This document shows positions 53,001-61,280 of a stretch of DNA of 64,000 nucleotides, piece after piece (position 1 is the stretch's first letter; each line of letters opens with the position of its first letter). Where the stretch lies: the NCBI GenBank assembly GCA_001600815.1, contig BCKZ01000006.1, positions 1,026,137 to 1,090,136 of the forward strand. The letters run 5' to 3'. The notes below the pieces were generated by a model. It searched no databases. It was not told the origin of the DNA and worked only from the letters and a program-made list of their open reading frames with translations. This DNA is from Alloascoidea hylecoeti (taxonomy: Eukaryota). The translations under genes and the position numbers were made by a program.

Positions 53001-53059
53001 ATTAAGGATTTAAGGTAATCCTGATGCCGTTGTATATCAAGATAAATAGTATTTTCCAT
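38015..53059 (-). CDS. MDN1: Midasin / Rea1 dynein-related AAA+ ATPase (5014 aa)
   Basis: Six AAA Walker A motifs (GPPGSGKT, GETGTGKT, GPTSSGKT, GETGCGKT, GSPGVGKT, GPTCSGKT), a long linker, a D/E-rich region, and a C-terminal MIDAS domain (GDYKTGKRLNMRRII, IAIDNSKSM, ILSDG). Confidence 0.99.
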   Translation of the reverse strand: MENTIYLDIQRHQDYLKSLMDNDNFLSGTITPFTFDSKISTSENLDHLAIYSLQESLSIPILASFKPLYLDLVSRWISNPNIEKEFIRIFGNGLKYNQVIPGSFILTSISQVIKFSNEIFPLLKQFIKDVDFFNLIEKNIKIISNEELKDILLSFYRILKSNTNHNNDVNFIKPDFLYSLLLNHQSTVIRYLSIQLLSIYLKISERATSTMIENHIGRDTQILGELNGDENIDYLFLAYLEAKRQSNASKILKDSEIKLRYTPLSSSSCILISNNDLSPSIAIIGGILIIKFHQPVNFQADLVQTTNSLDTISKLSINIQKSKPTLLAGPPGSGKTFFINEIAKFMSYSNDIVRIHLGDETDAKLLLGTYSSGATPGTFEWKSGVLTTALREGKWVLIEDIDKAPTEVLSILLTLLEKREIRIPSRGEIIKAKDGFQLFSTISLNSNESEKKIIPDLIGLRLWNKIFLNEQSIDELKLIISTKWPRLKLFSNDLITTYSLIRETYESSRFHSLCKGSHLRSISTRDLIKWASRIDKLLLNANYTLLQEPLPQSIFDNIFAEAVDCFVGAVDDHEAIAFLTKEIGESLKIPTSRINLYLENHVPQFEDDKEFLRIGRALLPKPTNSITKFSSSFKKISASNSFATTNHAKRLMEQIGVSLTMIEPTLLVGETGTGKTTIVQQMAELMGKKLTVINVSQQTESSDLLGGYKPVSVKLIAIPLQEEFQSLFDTFPYNKKNEIFSAELSKYFNRNDWKIVIKCWLRFTEIVKRLYNKTLKKNNNDNTNKKKNINEETPSKKRRLDLDEVSTLLDAWTKFEEKVKIFEIQFSQIENSFVFKFVEGTLVKAVRNGDWLLLDEINLASQDTLESISDLLSSELNQRSILLSEKGEIESVKAHPDFRIFGCMNPATDVGKRDLPIGIRSRFTEYYVVSPDTDLSDLNKIISQYLPKDSRDSFLVVNDIANLYIESKKKAEGKYIVDGAKNKPHFSIRTLSRTLSYARSISAHYGLRRSLYEGFCMTFLTLLDGKSESILLPLIEEYTINRSSNPKSDLSRKPRKPNDDYTVVENYLIKKGSYSLKESNYVTDTPFVRKNLRNLIRASSTSQKYPILIQGPTSSGKTSMIKHLADITGHKFIRINNHEHTDLQEYLGSYIADSTGSLVFKEGALVEALRNGYWVVLDELNLAPTDVLESLNRLLDDNRQLFIPETGENISPHPDFLLFATQNPPELYGGRKVLSRAFRNRFLELHFDDIPVDELETILAKRCQNLAPSYATKIVQVYKELSVQRQETRYMEQKNSFATLRDLFRWAQRDADDKEQIAANGYMLLAERVRKPEEKMVVKTVIEKVMKVKLDIDKIYERLENKELFKLENCPVIWTKGMRRLSTLVLAAIANNEPVLLVGETGCGKTTICQILAGLKNKNLISLNVHQNTETGDILGAQRPVRARLELQKVLEQDLILALEQSGVNEISDDVTLEMLLEMFKNIPNLDHITPDLLEKIKVNKAASEVLFEWNDGPLIHALKQGDFFLMDEISLGEDSVLERLNSVLETERTLFLAEKGDNTIVTAKEGFQFFATMNPGGDYGKKELSPALRNRFTEIWVPSMDDFADVKEIVHSKLSDDVKHFDGSIISFSEWFGKKFGGGNATSGIISLRDILAWVNFINASYKKMSPKLALLHGCSMVFIDALGTNNTAHFAESQSRLEELKNESINKLVVEHNISLEDFYNESYKVSADQNYLKIGPFSIARKNNSKDLVSFNLNAPTTAANAMRVIRAMQVNKPILLEGSPGVGKTSLISAIADATGQPLTRINLSDQTDLIDLFGSDSPAEGGKAGEFVWRDAPFLRAMQQGEWVLLDEMNLASQSVLEGLNACLDHRGEVYIPELDRSFSCHPNFLVFAAQNPQIQGGGRKGLPKSFVNRFTTVYAYKYLSKDLELICHQLFPKMDDEIITKLIRYILKLEDETIVNKKWGSHGGPWEFNLRDTLRWLELLNKRGLSEGRGISEFLGPIISQRFRSKIDRQMSLQLFSNCVGEEIQHKDDFFQLTPEVVQVGRELIARNEFEDINYALHPELMALQCNTPIIETALTSINNNWPLILVGPTCSGKTSIVRYLASILGVKLDEFPMNSDIDSMDIIGGYEQVDLIREISQFYATFSPYIKRILVTLFKSTSPSIIEITYKIISVLRQYETLDPSVENFEIIFETTMELLTNDIFVTDSQPFKDELLRLQEEVIKVRDVKFKWFDGILVRALIQGHWLILDNANLCNSSVLDRLNSLLEPNGVLTINEYSLHDGSPRVVIPHPNFRLFLTVDPKYGELSRAMRNRGIEIFLDSLESRQTNFDKCVLDLAPKSNDPASDLVIKIEELSLGEEETKMAKPLVTFLDPCDSFSHNFSLVNDIYENVNDKSNSKILQTISTTLPLFTSKDVHRWASSSLGSRLFDADTKAMIKEVTETIKFFQEKSILDYFYNRFMSASKPVADAIGESFVNDYCYNQGLNHTINDYFSRFMRSSPDEHFEIHYFLDLILNIREADKFLEVVYNKSTTKKAQDLNFVQKCAAVYHGRQLKNSPKINIYSVILGINDYIKNELETSLNSGSVFDLSSKFRNLHALQLIWNDIVKVDTIKNGVLHVYQQLLQTWIDESVETYSTNNINILIKAVSELGDELNLTTGTSMTIIWNNFRVTYPSSEEAWSQHEHFVQLINKFDKLVERQFPDSLDLISSMRKSIFQINRDMTKENFVQVSINTLSEVIENLEKESKSFKHVRENTFKNLFLIIFNFLLAKASNKDSFSFKLDEILNLGYFSGKSTLSMEPFNNNEFLKPFPLVLEYLWENTNDGYYSFVSDIFSTKFLKDSFQKALLFEKTAANSLVQSSSDLKSFSIALIRFSESILQDQTGLFKTMLIDWISSIIEVHIEDPKVDDTLKLEIYSRLVSNDPSIIMSIPQLLTNSVDEKFLSVLVTFILPALGGLLNHQNSPNYILALGRAFVSFSLGLIQLYVPNIPFDPAIREHVIYERLLHQKDLAQDIMNSWSAYYAATHRLSPKLSSPWSTDIVCIKPQIYRANTTETGALFDEWDAIMKASIGLPAIQSLLEAAEDFDGISLQRIKNFQLNTSQFIKRTSFRFSRQSDLTKILEGYINSLKLGFDLIVLGNKQMTSKYKFHSLWSTDLQVVTIIQKFQLEFNGVCEYCKTMNIDSLIADKVMIFSIKVCLLHWQKEGTFGDYEKMICAFAFKSLHTRWYGRKERSENEVTKDSIYKNKTYDREDWDEDFKLLFPDFSEVTQLSDSSDSKFNEEDVYSQLYSLYTDILSDSNGIVLEDVLRDGMELQETFTDECLAGVNTPTVFASLLSSLLSSIQKYENNQINMDNYNFYQDSHPSETKKSISLVQKIRQFVMKLISDNEWHENAILSNIVESCREFLDYPSNVPLPRLLQKVEQIYTFISQWEKYAHKGVSLSAYFDEITGLIVSWRKLELSTWKSLFRFEDQTVQKGVGKWWFHLYEVIILPIVSGETIVEKLSNEKLVQTLNIFLSKSTYGDFKPKLKLLKSFIVHLEKLLYLDNILDSEKLLNSYRRVLKNVISFYEQFAPIITNKIESETKTYSKQINEIILMASWKDINIDALKASARRSHHNLYKIVRKYRSMLSESITSLIEGGISDFQLTPPALKTISYTSSIVLEYLNDADIVSKVPSWVNRPKILRNMNRIMSNMTIYISNIDSDNFLDLLDFTSALIDDMDQLKKDTPTTLTKENKKMISSLRTQKQRLLTDTLKELKRAGLKSGLTAKMYDSQSSVSKILANMASTMRTNLEDTDIYFNRVLDLLPKLRASVASTNSDVPVSDIQRGAANAEDLLFTLISNRYIMTSVSENLSNFESSLSSFTVLQNNPGELINAVSHENIDMISRKDSKLKLIISWIPYVLDYATSSYNNITELVNLKSNEFDDIVQGVRSEFLDLSQTYFQVSENIKNGIYNSELIALYDQAELCLLKFKSSMKKWMEKNSELSFIGNIILDWLTTLDETNILQNDSTIHANSTEKISLEQLDFSLRDISNYILVSIQKILEKIQSEEKNELTDDADPWFTESQKRFAMYGKYTNLTNMKITAKIKESLKIISLLQLNSEESSTVKDMIRYTLPLLQKYQSLVLIVLNKMKLSYYNNSKSAYLMSKALLNIANNGFCTPEPPSHEKDSSATKDGTGLGDGEGEKNSTDDIEQDDDLTEEAQKPNDEKNKDDKDEDQDDNAVEIEGDMAGDLEDESVKEDEEDGDDNEDENEDEDLDEEIDNLDDLDPNAVDEKMWDEEAQDDSKEKDSNNIPDNGLEQDNMEGNDEGDNSKQKDNQEGTNEQEEQENEEDEDGSQDEEEGLDEQDDAVQNKEDMMDPYVPEVDTLDLPDDMDLENDGSDNENDNPDDDNDDPMDIEPETDAMDIEEDNNIGEPEGDEDEVIEENNIDENQEQNEESKEDDTLDGEENENEQNRTEQEDLDEPMDNPDLEPEQKQESMKDNEQLQAEMEGLQGTDDVDNDDTNDENQDVRQQTGKQGEGADVEVNEEQENGDTNGGSAQTSENINKTDNNEDEIQDPAREKAKEYLKQLGDALEEFHKRHQEIKESIENEENNENNVDVADEYQHTDTNHDTQALGAADQDQIQNIDESMAIEDEEEPETVEESTELKNESIENDINQSEDEEVNEAGEFGGQAQGGIIGEKKDALEHEDGQGIKKEIEELDEEMYEDSADEVFESNKNPRTIEEDREIARKCDQSTQELCAGLCEQLRLILEPTLATKLRGDYKTGKRLNMRRIISYIASGFRKDNIWLRRTKPSKRQYQIMIAIDNSKSMAESRCVDLAFKSIWLVSKALTQLEAGQLSLVKFGETTKVIHPFMKPFNFEAGFNAFRMLEFSDVKTDVKTLLTKSIDLFREARSDGPSDLWQLEIILSDGMCEDHETLTRLVRQAREERIMLVFVIIDGITTNESILDMKEASYDINPSTGLPALKITKYLDSFPFELYVIVKDIRELPDVLSSVLRQYFSELASS

Positions 53060-53270
53060 TGTAATTAAAGCCTGAAAGTTCTTTATATTAGAATTAGAAT
53101 TAATTTTGAGAGGGATAATATAAGAGTGAATTTGTCAATAGACCTTTTATAGATTTCAGGTGTATAATTAGCTGTATAAATGTATTATAGTATATGCTTA
53201 TTGAATGAACCCGAAATCTAATATTAATGTTAGAAATAAAAGATTTTTGAATTTTATAAATTGAAACTAA

Positions 53271-53520
53271 TGAAAAATTTCACATACTCTTAAATTTTTT
53301 TGTTTTCTCTATTATATCTTGAAGTCTTATAGTTGATAAAAATTCCTCCAAATATATGATAATCCTGTTTGATTAATATAATAGATACTTTTAAAATGGA
53401 ATAATAAAGATATAAGATATATCAATGTTATTCTGTCACAAAAAACGTCTTAAAATTTAATTTGAGTAAAAAAATATTAATTTTAAAGAAGTTTTTGCAT
53501 AAGATGAGTAGAGTCACGTG
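53271..53520. promoter_or_regulatory. MDN1 promoter: RRPE, PAC core and Cbf1-type site
   Basis: TGAAAAATTT at 53271-53280, GATGAG at 53503-53508 and GTCACGTG at 53513-53520, upstream of a Ribi gene. Confidence 0.6.
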
Positions 53521-56500
53521 GTTACATGCGGCTTTAAATCGCATAACAGTGGATCAGATTCGCACTATAATTCGAATTTATTAGCCAAAACAACGAATCC
53601 AATTTACTATATAAAAGCCTATATATTCAATTTTCTGTACTTCATCCCGGATAATCTTAACAATATTTACATATAAATAATCCTCTAATTTTTATCGTTC
53701 TTAATTCCAATTTAAAAAGGTTATGGAAGGACCTTTTAACATTATACTTTTATGGAAGTTATGATATGTTTTTGCACAACCGGGTTGGGAACATCCGGGA
53801 GATATTATTTAATTTGTTTGAAATTTGAATTGTAAAAAAACACCAAGTTGCCATTGCAACCGAGAATCTGAAGAGTCGCAATATTAGACATTCGAGAGAG
53901 TTCTTCATTTTTGGTCAAGATATTGATTAGTAGTTTGTGCTTGACACCCCAAACATTCTTGATAGAGATTGTTTTTCCATTTGATTTATTCGTGGATTCA
54001 TATCACCTTGTAGGCTCCCAATTACATGTATGTTGGAATTATGTATGTATATAAAATTATAATCCTCGGCCATTAATACTGTATTGATGGTTTCCATATA
54101 AAATTATATTGTTAGCCACCACCTTTGACAAAAAGATTACAAAGGAATTCGAGAGGATATACGTAAATTTAAACACAATTGTGTCGACAGCAAAGCATAT
54201 ACATAGAAAAACACCAGTTATCAGCTAATAAAAAAAATGGTGATCTATATCGAAATATAGCATTGAAATTCTACTACATCATTTGTGTCTTATTATACTG
54301 CCATATGCATAATTAAACTTGATACATGATATTATCAAAACCAAAATACATCTAGATAGAGGAAGAATACAAGGATTTATCGGTATTAACCCATTGAGTT
54401 TGAAACAAAGAAGCTTACGAAGCGTAGTTGAAAAAATCGATGTCATGTGAGATATCTGATGATTTGCGCATTAAGACAAACCCCAAGAGGTTATACAAGA
54501 AACTTTATTATTTATCATCGCTCAAATTTCCACCACAGTGGTCAATTGCAAAGATCCTCTAAAAAATATTCGAAGTGGAATTTAGACTTATGAAGGCACT
54601 AATTACACACAATTATTGTGAGAGAACAAAGAGAACTAGGTATCAGAAGCTTGGAACTACCAGTAGTGAGCTAAATCCTAGAGTACCACTACAAGATTTA
54701 CAGAAAATATTTAGAACTATGAAATTAATTAGATTTTAGAGATGCTATTTTTAATAATTTATATTTGATGCTGGGCTTTGCAATTTGTGGTTAGAATGTA
54801 ACAATCTCGAATGGTCCGGTAGTTTTTTTTTGTCCTATTAGTCCTTCTTGGTTATAATTAAGAACTTTTGGTTTTGTTGACTTTGTTGTTTTGACGCCGC
54901 CACATTGTGACCGATTATTGAAAAGTGGCTGATAATTTGTCATCATGCAAACATTAGTACATCGATTCGCATGTCATAATATGTAGTTTAAAAAGTTGCC
55001 GGAATCAAATGTAATGGTAGTTCAAAACCGCACTTAAGATATTTGAGTATTAATTATTGGAAGGTGATTTCTCATCTCTCTCCGAAGATATATCCTTCGT
55101 AGCCCTGAATAGGTTTGTTATATTTGTCGAAAATAAGCCGAATCCAACTGTTTATATTGCAATCAATGGAACTCCCTCAAAATAATTTTAATTCATCTAG
55201 AATTCCTTGAAAGTGACTAACTGTAGACATAGCTTTCTTATTTGATCCCTTAAAATATTAGTGGGATAATGATGACAAATGGTTCAAACTTCAAATGTAA
55301 CTCAATGTGAATATTATAATATTCCCAAACCAAAAGAGTTTTATACATACTGCATATATGCTACCTCTCATAATAATATAAAGTTATGTGAAATGAAAGG
55401 CATTAGATCAGACTTAGTGGTTTTAGTGATTAATCGCCTTTTTAGCAGATGCACTAGCTATTCAACATGTTTGAACTATAAGATAATGATGGAGGAGTGT
55501 GTGTCTCCTCTTTGAAGCGACTGTTATAACGTTTACCTCCTTACACCGAGACCACGGCCGGTATTTATTTTTCAAGGATTTTGACATATTGATCTTATGC
55601 TGTCAATCTTGAAACACGGACCAAACTTCCTGACGGCAAAGGACTTCGCGGCCGTAGCAACGAGTGTTTAGAGTCTAATCAATTTCAAATACTACATGCA
55701 TATGCCATCGTTTTAAGAGTCTTGACGATATTCATTTTCAAATCCTAGGGATCATGTATTAGCGACGAATTTAGCGTATAGAAGAGAAGTAATCTTCCAC
55801 GTACGTTAGAGCCACAATCATTCAATGATATTCTAGACGTTCATGCCGTCAAGTCAAGACCTTATTTCTGAATTCATTGTTTTTAATATCAATATTTAAG
55901 CTTATACCCCATCTCTCGGGTCTATCGATAAAACTTGTGTGGTTGATCTGTGGCTTATCTAACACAACAGAAGGGTTCAAATCACAACACCGTTTAGATA
56001 TTGAGAATCTATTATCACTTTTCAATATTAAAGTATGCTAACTTATATATCACATGTTTTTAGATACAATTTAATGAAATCTTGTCTTTAATTTGATGAC
56101 GGTGGATGTCAGAATATACCACACAATTATACCTATTGCATTTTCAACACTTCTATTTAACAACAGTATTTAGATTGCAAGATCTAAACACATTATAACC
56201 AGTGCTTTGAAATTACTACCCAATGATCTTTTATAAGCCTGGATACAAAAGATTCGAACTTGCAATATATTTAATTGAGTAATTAATTGTCAGAGATACC
56301 ACAAAATCAATTTTTAAAAGAGCATATATTTACATAAAGGTTACGTATGATGTAGTTTATAGCTGTTCGGATCTTAAAGAATCCGAGGTTAGTGTTAATA
56401 TTATCATCATGTAATGATATGTATTCATGTATTCATGTATACCAGTTGCAATTGTGTTTTTCCGACTTGATAAAATGCCTTAACCTAGTTGCAGCATAAA

Positions 56501-57071
56501 TTATCAAAGCTCAAGCGATTATTGGATATATTCCCAAGCCGAGAATATGGTAAAAGCGGGCGGGCGTGGTTATTAATATTTGATTATACAATTCAATATT
56601 AATATAGAACAGATTCAGCAGACAGATAACTTTCTATGCTTTATAAATTTACGATCAAAATAATGATATCTTGATCTATTAATAAAGCGTCGGGTCCTAG
56701 ATCTAGAGTTTCGGTTGTAAGCATGTGTAAAGTGACTAGTCATACCATATATATGAGACTATAGCAATATTCTTGTTAGTTAAATATAATTATAGCTAGC
56801 GCGCTATAGATGAATTGTGGTTGCAGAATAGTGTTCAGTATAATTAATATTTTTCAATTTTTCAGTTGATATTACGCATAATTATAATTACTCTATGTGT
56901 AGTCCCTAAATTATCGCACCGCATACTTATATTATGATAATGCGCGTTGGGACGAATAACGGACTAAATAGATATTAAATATTGGGTATTTCGCTCTAAA
57001 ATTGAATTGAAGATTCTCCTTTTTTATATAACCAATTTCTCTAACTCAAATCTATTTGAATCAACTTCATT

Positions 57072-58721
57072 ATGGGAAATTCAACTTCAGCAAAAATTTA
57101 TACCTCACGTTGGCCCGATTTTGAGCTTTTCGATGGAAATATTGTTGAGTTCGTTAAAACTGGTGCATATTCTTCGAATCAGACATTTCGATCCAAAAAA
57201 ATTCTAATAGATCCTTTTGACAAGACATCTTTGACTTTGGAACAAGTGTTCAACATCACTGAAAGATTGGCATGGATTCTACATAACAAGTATGGTGTGA
57301 AATATGATCAGGTAGTATTGTTATTTTCAACTACACATTTATACACAATTCCAATCCATTATTCATTATTATCAGCTGGTGCCATTATTAGTCCAGCAAA
57401 TGTCATGTATACACCAAAGGAACTAGCTCTTCAAATAAGTGAAAGTAAAAGCGAATTTATCATCACAAGAAAGTCCCTTTTAGAAACCGTTAAAGAAGCT
57501 AATGCATTGGAAAATAATAGAATAAGCTTTGATAAAATCATCACAATTGAACAATTATTAGACGATCTAACAACCACCCCAATAAAACATACATTAAGTC
57601 CAGTGAAATTGGATAAAGCACAATCAGCAGAAAAATTAGCATATTTATGTTTCTCCTCTGGAACTAGTGGTAAACCAAAAGGAGTTATGACTACACATTT
57701 GAATATCACCAGTAATACCATGCAACATATGCTCTCTGGACCTGATCTTTGGCTAGAAGATGCAGTTTTACCTTGTATTTTACCATTAACACATATTTAT
57801 GGATTAAATGCATTTTGTTTTGGTAGTGTATTTTGTGGTTGCCAAGTTATCTTATTTGAAAAATTCCATTTTGAAAATTTCTTGAAATACTCAGCTGAAT
57901 ATAAGGCAACTACTGCTTTATTAGTTCCACCAATTATTATTGGATTAGCTAAGCATCCAATAGTTGATAAATATCCAGAATTCCAGAAACATTTGAAAGT
58001 GATTATTGGATCTGCTGCTCCTTTATCCGAAGAGGTCGCTATTCAAGTTAAAGCAAGACTTGGCGGAAAGGTTAAAATTATTCAGGGTTATGGAATGACA
58101 GAAGCATCCCCAATGGTCTGTAATAATGGACTTTTAAAGGATGATATGAAAACTGTTGGTCAATTAGCCCCCATGATGAAAGCGAGACTTGTTAATGAAG
58201 ATGGGAAAGATGTTGCCGAAGGTGATGCTGGTGTTTTATTAATAAAAGGGCCTAATATCATGAAAGGGTACTTGAATAATCAGAAAGAAACCGATGCAAC
58301 TATGATTGATGGATGGTATAATACAGGTGATGTTGCAATAGTGAAGGGCGATGATTGGTATATTGTCGACCGTGTTAAAGAATTAATCAAATCTAAAGGT
58401 CATCAAGTAGCACCTGCTGAATTAGAAGGAATCTTATTAACAAATCCTGCGGTCATTGATTGTGCAGTTATAGGAATTCATAAAATTCACCTTGGAACTG
58501 AATTACCAAGAGCGTTTGTTGTTCTTAAAAAGGGTACAGATCCTTTAAGTATTAAGATATGGTTTGATGAAAAAGTTGCTAAATATAAGAGGTTATGGGG
58601 TGGTATTGTTGTTCTTGAAGCTATTCCAAAGAGTGCAAGTGGGAAAATATTGAGAAGAGAGCTTAAGGCACTAAAAGGTTATGAAGTCTTTGGTCAATTG
58701 ACTCCCGAATCTAAATTATAA
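57072..58721 (+). CDS. Peroxisomal 4-coumarate-CoA-ligase-like acyl/aryl-CoA synthetase (549 aa)
   Basis: AMP-binding motif YLCFSSGTSGKPKGV, LPLTHIYG, QGYGMTE, YNTGDVA, IVDRVKELIKSKGHQVAPAELE, PKSASGKILRR and C-terminal PTS1 SKL. Confidence 0.93.
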   Translation: MGNSTSAKIYTSRWPDFELFDGNIVEFVKTGAYSSNQTFRSKKILIDPFDKTSLTLEQVFNITERLAWILHNKYGVKYDQVVLLFSTTHLYTIPIHYSLLSAGAIISPANVMYTPKELALQISESKSEFIITRKSLLETVKEANALENNRISFDKIITIEQLLDDLTTTPIKHTLSPVKLDKAQSAEKLAYLCFSSGTSGKPKGVMTTHLNITSNTMQHMLSGPDLWLEDAVLPCILPLTHIYGLNAFCFGSVFCGCQVILFEKFHFENFLKYSAEYKATTALLVPPIIIGLAKHPIVDKYPEFQKHLKVIIGSAAPLSEEVAIQVKARLGGKVKIIQGYGMTEASPMVCNNGLLKDDMKTVGQLAPMMKARLVNEDGKDVAEGDAGVLLIKGPNIMKGYLNNQKETDATMIDGWYNTGDVAIVKGDDWYIVDRVKELIKSKGHQVAPAELEGILLTNPAVIDCAVIGIHKIHLGTELPRAFVVLKKGTDPLSIKIWFDEKVAKYKRLWGGIVVLEAIPKSASGKILRRELKALKGYEVFGQLTPESKL

Positions 58722-59431
58722 TCATATAATTATAACAAGTTAAGACTAATAAATACATAGACGCTCATTATCTTGCTATTGATTTAATAGTCTACAATGT
58801 ATGATAGTGATATACCATAAGACCTTATACATGTAAACTTACACCAGCACACCTAAATTTAGCAATTTAGATTAATTGACTTATAATACATATTTCAGTT
58901 TTCAATATTTGTAGTATAAGCTTATACATCATGAGTTATAATATGGCCACAAGCTCATGATCATGGTAATTATCCCACATTTTGCTTCCCACGAGTTTTG
59001 TTCAAAGTTTCTCAAGCAATAACTCTAATAGGATTCAGTATAAAACTAAGATCTTACAGGTACCTGTTCTCTTTTTATACATTGAACCAGATACTAAAAT
59101 TGTAATCGTCTTTGGATTTTTAAAAAATTTAAATTGTTTGTCTGGTATGTATTAAATTGTAATAAATTAACTAACTAACGTAAATTGATCTTTCATCATT
59201 TCGATTGAACTTGTTATATAATATTGTGAAGTTCCGAAATCAGCTCATCCAGTTGTGGGAAAACATTGATACAGACACCTAAGGCTTAAGCGATTATTTT
59301 ACAATACATTTACTCTCTTTGTGATTTGTTTATTGTACTATGTCTCTCCGTCTTAAGCATTTGAGAATATTTGTACGAATGCCACTACATTGGACTTCCT
59401 ATATTTTATTTGTAGTATTCATGTTACCCGN

Positions 59432-59711
59432 TGTCAAAGTTACACAATCCTTAGCATATTTTTCGTCTGGTGATCCATTCTATTTTTTGGGACCTGATAA
59501 GGTTTCTAATCCAGAAGTTGCTGAATTTGTTAAAAATGCTCAACCAATTGTTACTGAGGCCGTTAATAAAGGATTAATTAAACATATTCCGGTTAAGGTT
59601 CTTCCAAAAGGATTGAATTCAATCAATGAAGGGTATTTATTATTGAAAGATAATAAAGTGTCAAATAAAAAATTGGTTATTAAACCTTTTGACTCAATTG
59701 CAAAATTATAA
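59432..59711 (+). CDS. 3' fragment of an MDR-family enoyl-reductase-like oxidoreductase (YNL134C/ToxD type), cut at an N
   Basis: After the N at 59431 the frame reads ...GLIKHIPVKVLPKGLNSINEGYLLLKDNKVSNKKLVIKP, resembling the C-terminus of that family. Sequence before the N shows no such similarity. Whether this is a gene or a pseudogene cannot be decided. Confidence 0.7.
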
Positions 59712-61280
59712 GTCTAATTAACATTTATAATTATACTAAGACTTATAGCTACTTATGATAGTATAGGTACATTTTAGCTTAATAAACTGATATATGCCCT
59801 ATATGAGTATGATCTATTGATACTAGATCCATAACATACTATTTACAAATCAATCACAATGACAAAGATTCTCCATTCCACTGTATATGGGAATCGCTAA
59901 GTCGAGTCATCTCCCACTGTGAATTAGCCACACTACACTAACTTTCCAAATGATGAAAGAGACTGTAGATCACTTGTTTGTACCAACATTCAATAACCCG
60001 TAACTGGAATAAGCAATAGTCTTTTTAGTGCAGATACTCAATGTTTATCCTTTATCCCTCACTCAAGTTAGGTGTAATATCATAGCCAATCAAAGGTTTC
60101 TTCTTGATCTTTTCTAGTAGTAGTTGGTTTATTAAAATAATGACACGATCCGACTATATCAAATGCTATTATTCCGGAACTTACTACACATTGGTGTTTG
60201 AGGCAGCACGACATCTATATTGATGTATCATATATCAATAACATATACGGTGTATGCATACTATATTCTGATAACTAACCTGCATAGAAAAATCAGGCAT
60301 AAATGCATCTTATGGATGACAACGTTTCTATATTGCATATGACGTTATCAGTGGTGTTCTCACGGAAAAAATGCGGAAGATGTGCTAATGTTTCATTCCA
60401 CATTCGGACATAATATTGAAATTGACATTAGATATATAATGATTCTGTAGCTTAATATGCACATTGCTATAACTAATATCAGTATTGATATAAATATATA
60501 AGATAAATGGACAGGGCCGAGATTAGATCATTGGAATTTTGATCTATATAATTAATAATTATAAAGGGTTCAAGAAAAAATATATATAGAGTGAATACTA
60601 CTGCAATTATAGCATTTCACGAAGTTAAGTAATAGATATTCATTTATGAACTTGCATATACTTTTATTTAGCTGACTTCAGATTTTCTATATTAAATTTG
60701 AGCAGACACCGACCCGAAAATCTTGCCCAAATGAAAAATCACAGCATTTAACCGGTATACAATATGGTGAAAACAATTAGAGATATTCTGCATTATACAA
60801 TTATATTATGAAATCATATGGCATATGGTCAAATTTAAAGAGTATAGCGCAATTGAAATATGATTAACTATCCATGCATCATTATAATAATCCTCCTCTT
60901 GATTTAAACATTACCAAAGAGGATATACAAACCTAATAATCGTGATTAAAAACATACTTCCCAAACTGCGGTGATATCTTGGTAGAGGCCTATGGGTAGT
61001 TTTGTTTTAACTGCGACTTTAAATATATTTTACTAATAAAAATGAAACGAATTTCATTACACAATTGCAAACTTTAACAGAAAAAAAACAAGAATATTTA
61101 AGCACATATCTATGGAAAAAAGTAAAGAATTAACAGCTAAAAATTATGAAAATTTCTTGCATTTCGATTATAAATATTTTTTGCCATTCATCATAATGGT
61201 ATATAAATTGAATTTCTTATTCATATATAATCCCTTTATAACAGTTCTTTTATACTTTCTTAATTGCAGTTTCAATTTAA

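Noticed and set aside
54441..54738. About 100-codon + strand frame with one internal stop
   Set aside because: No recognisable motif; compatible with chance.
55607..55624. rRNA gene or canonical U18 snoRNA
   Set aside because: The match is only 18 nt with no continuous flanking rRNA similarity, and there is no RTGATGA C box or terminal CTGA D box on the minus strand.
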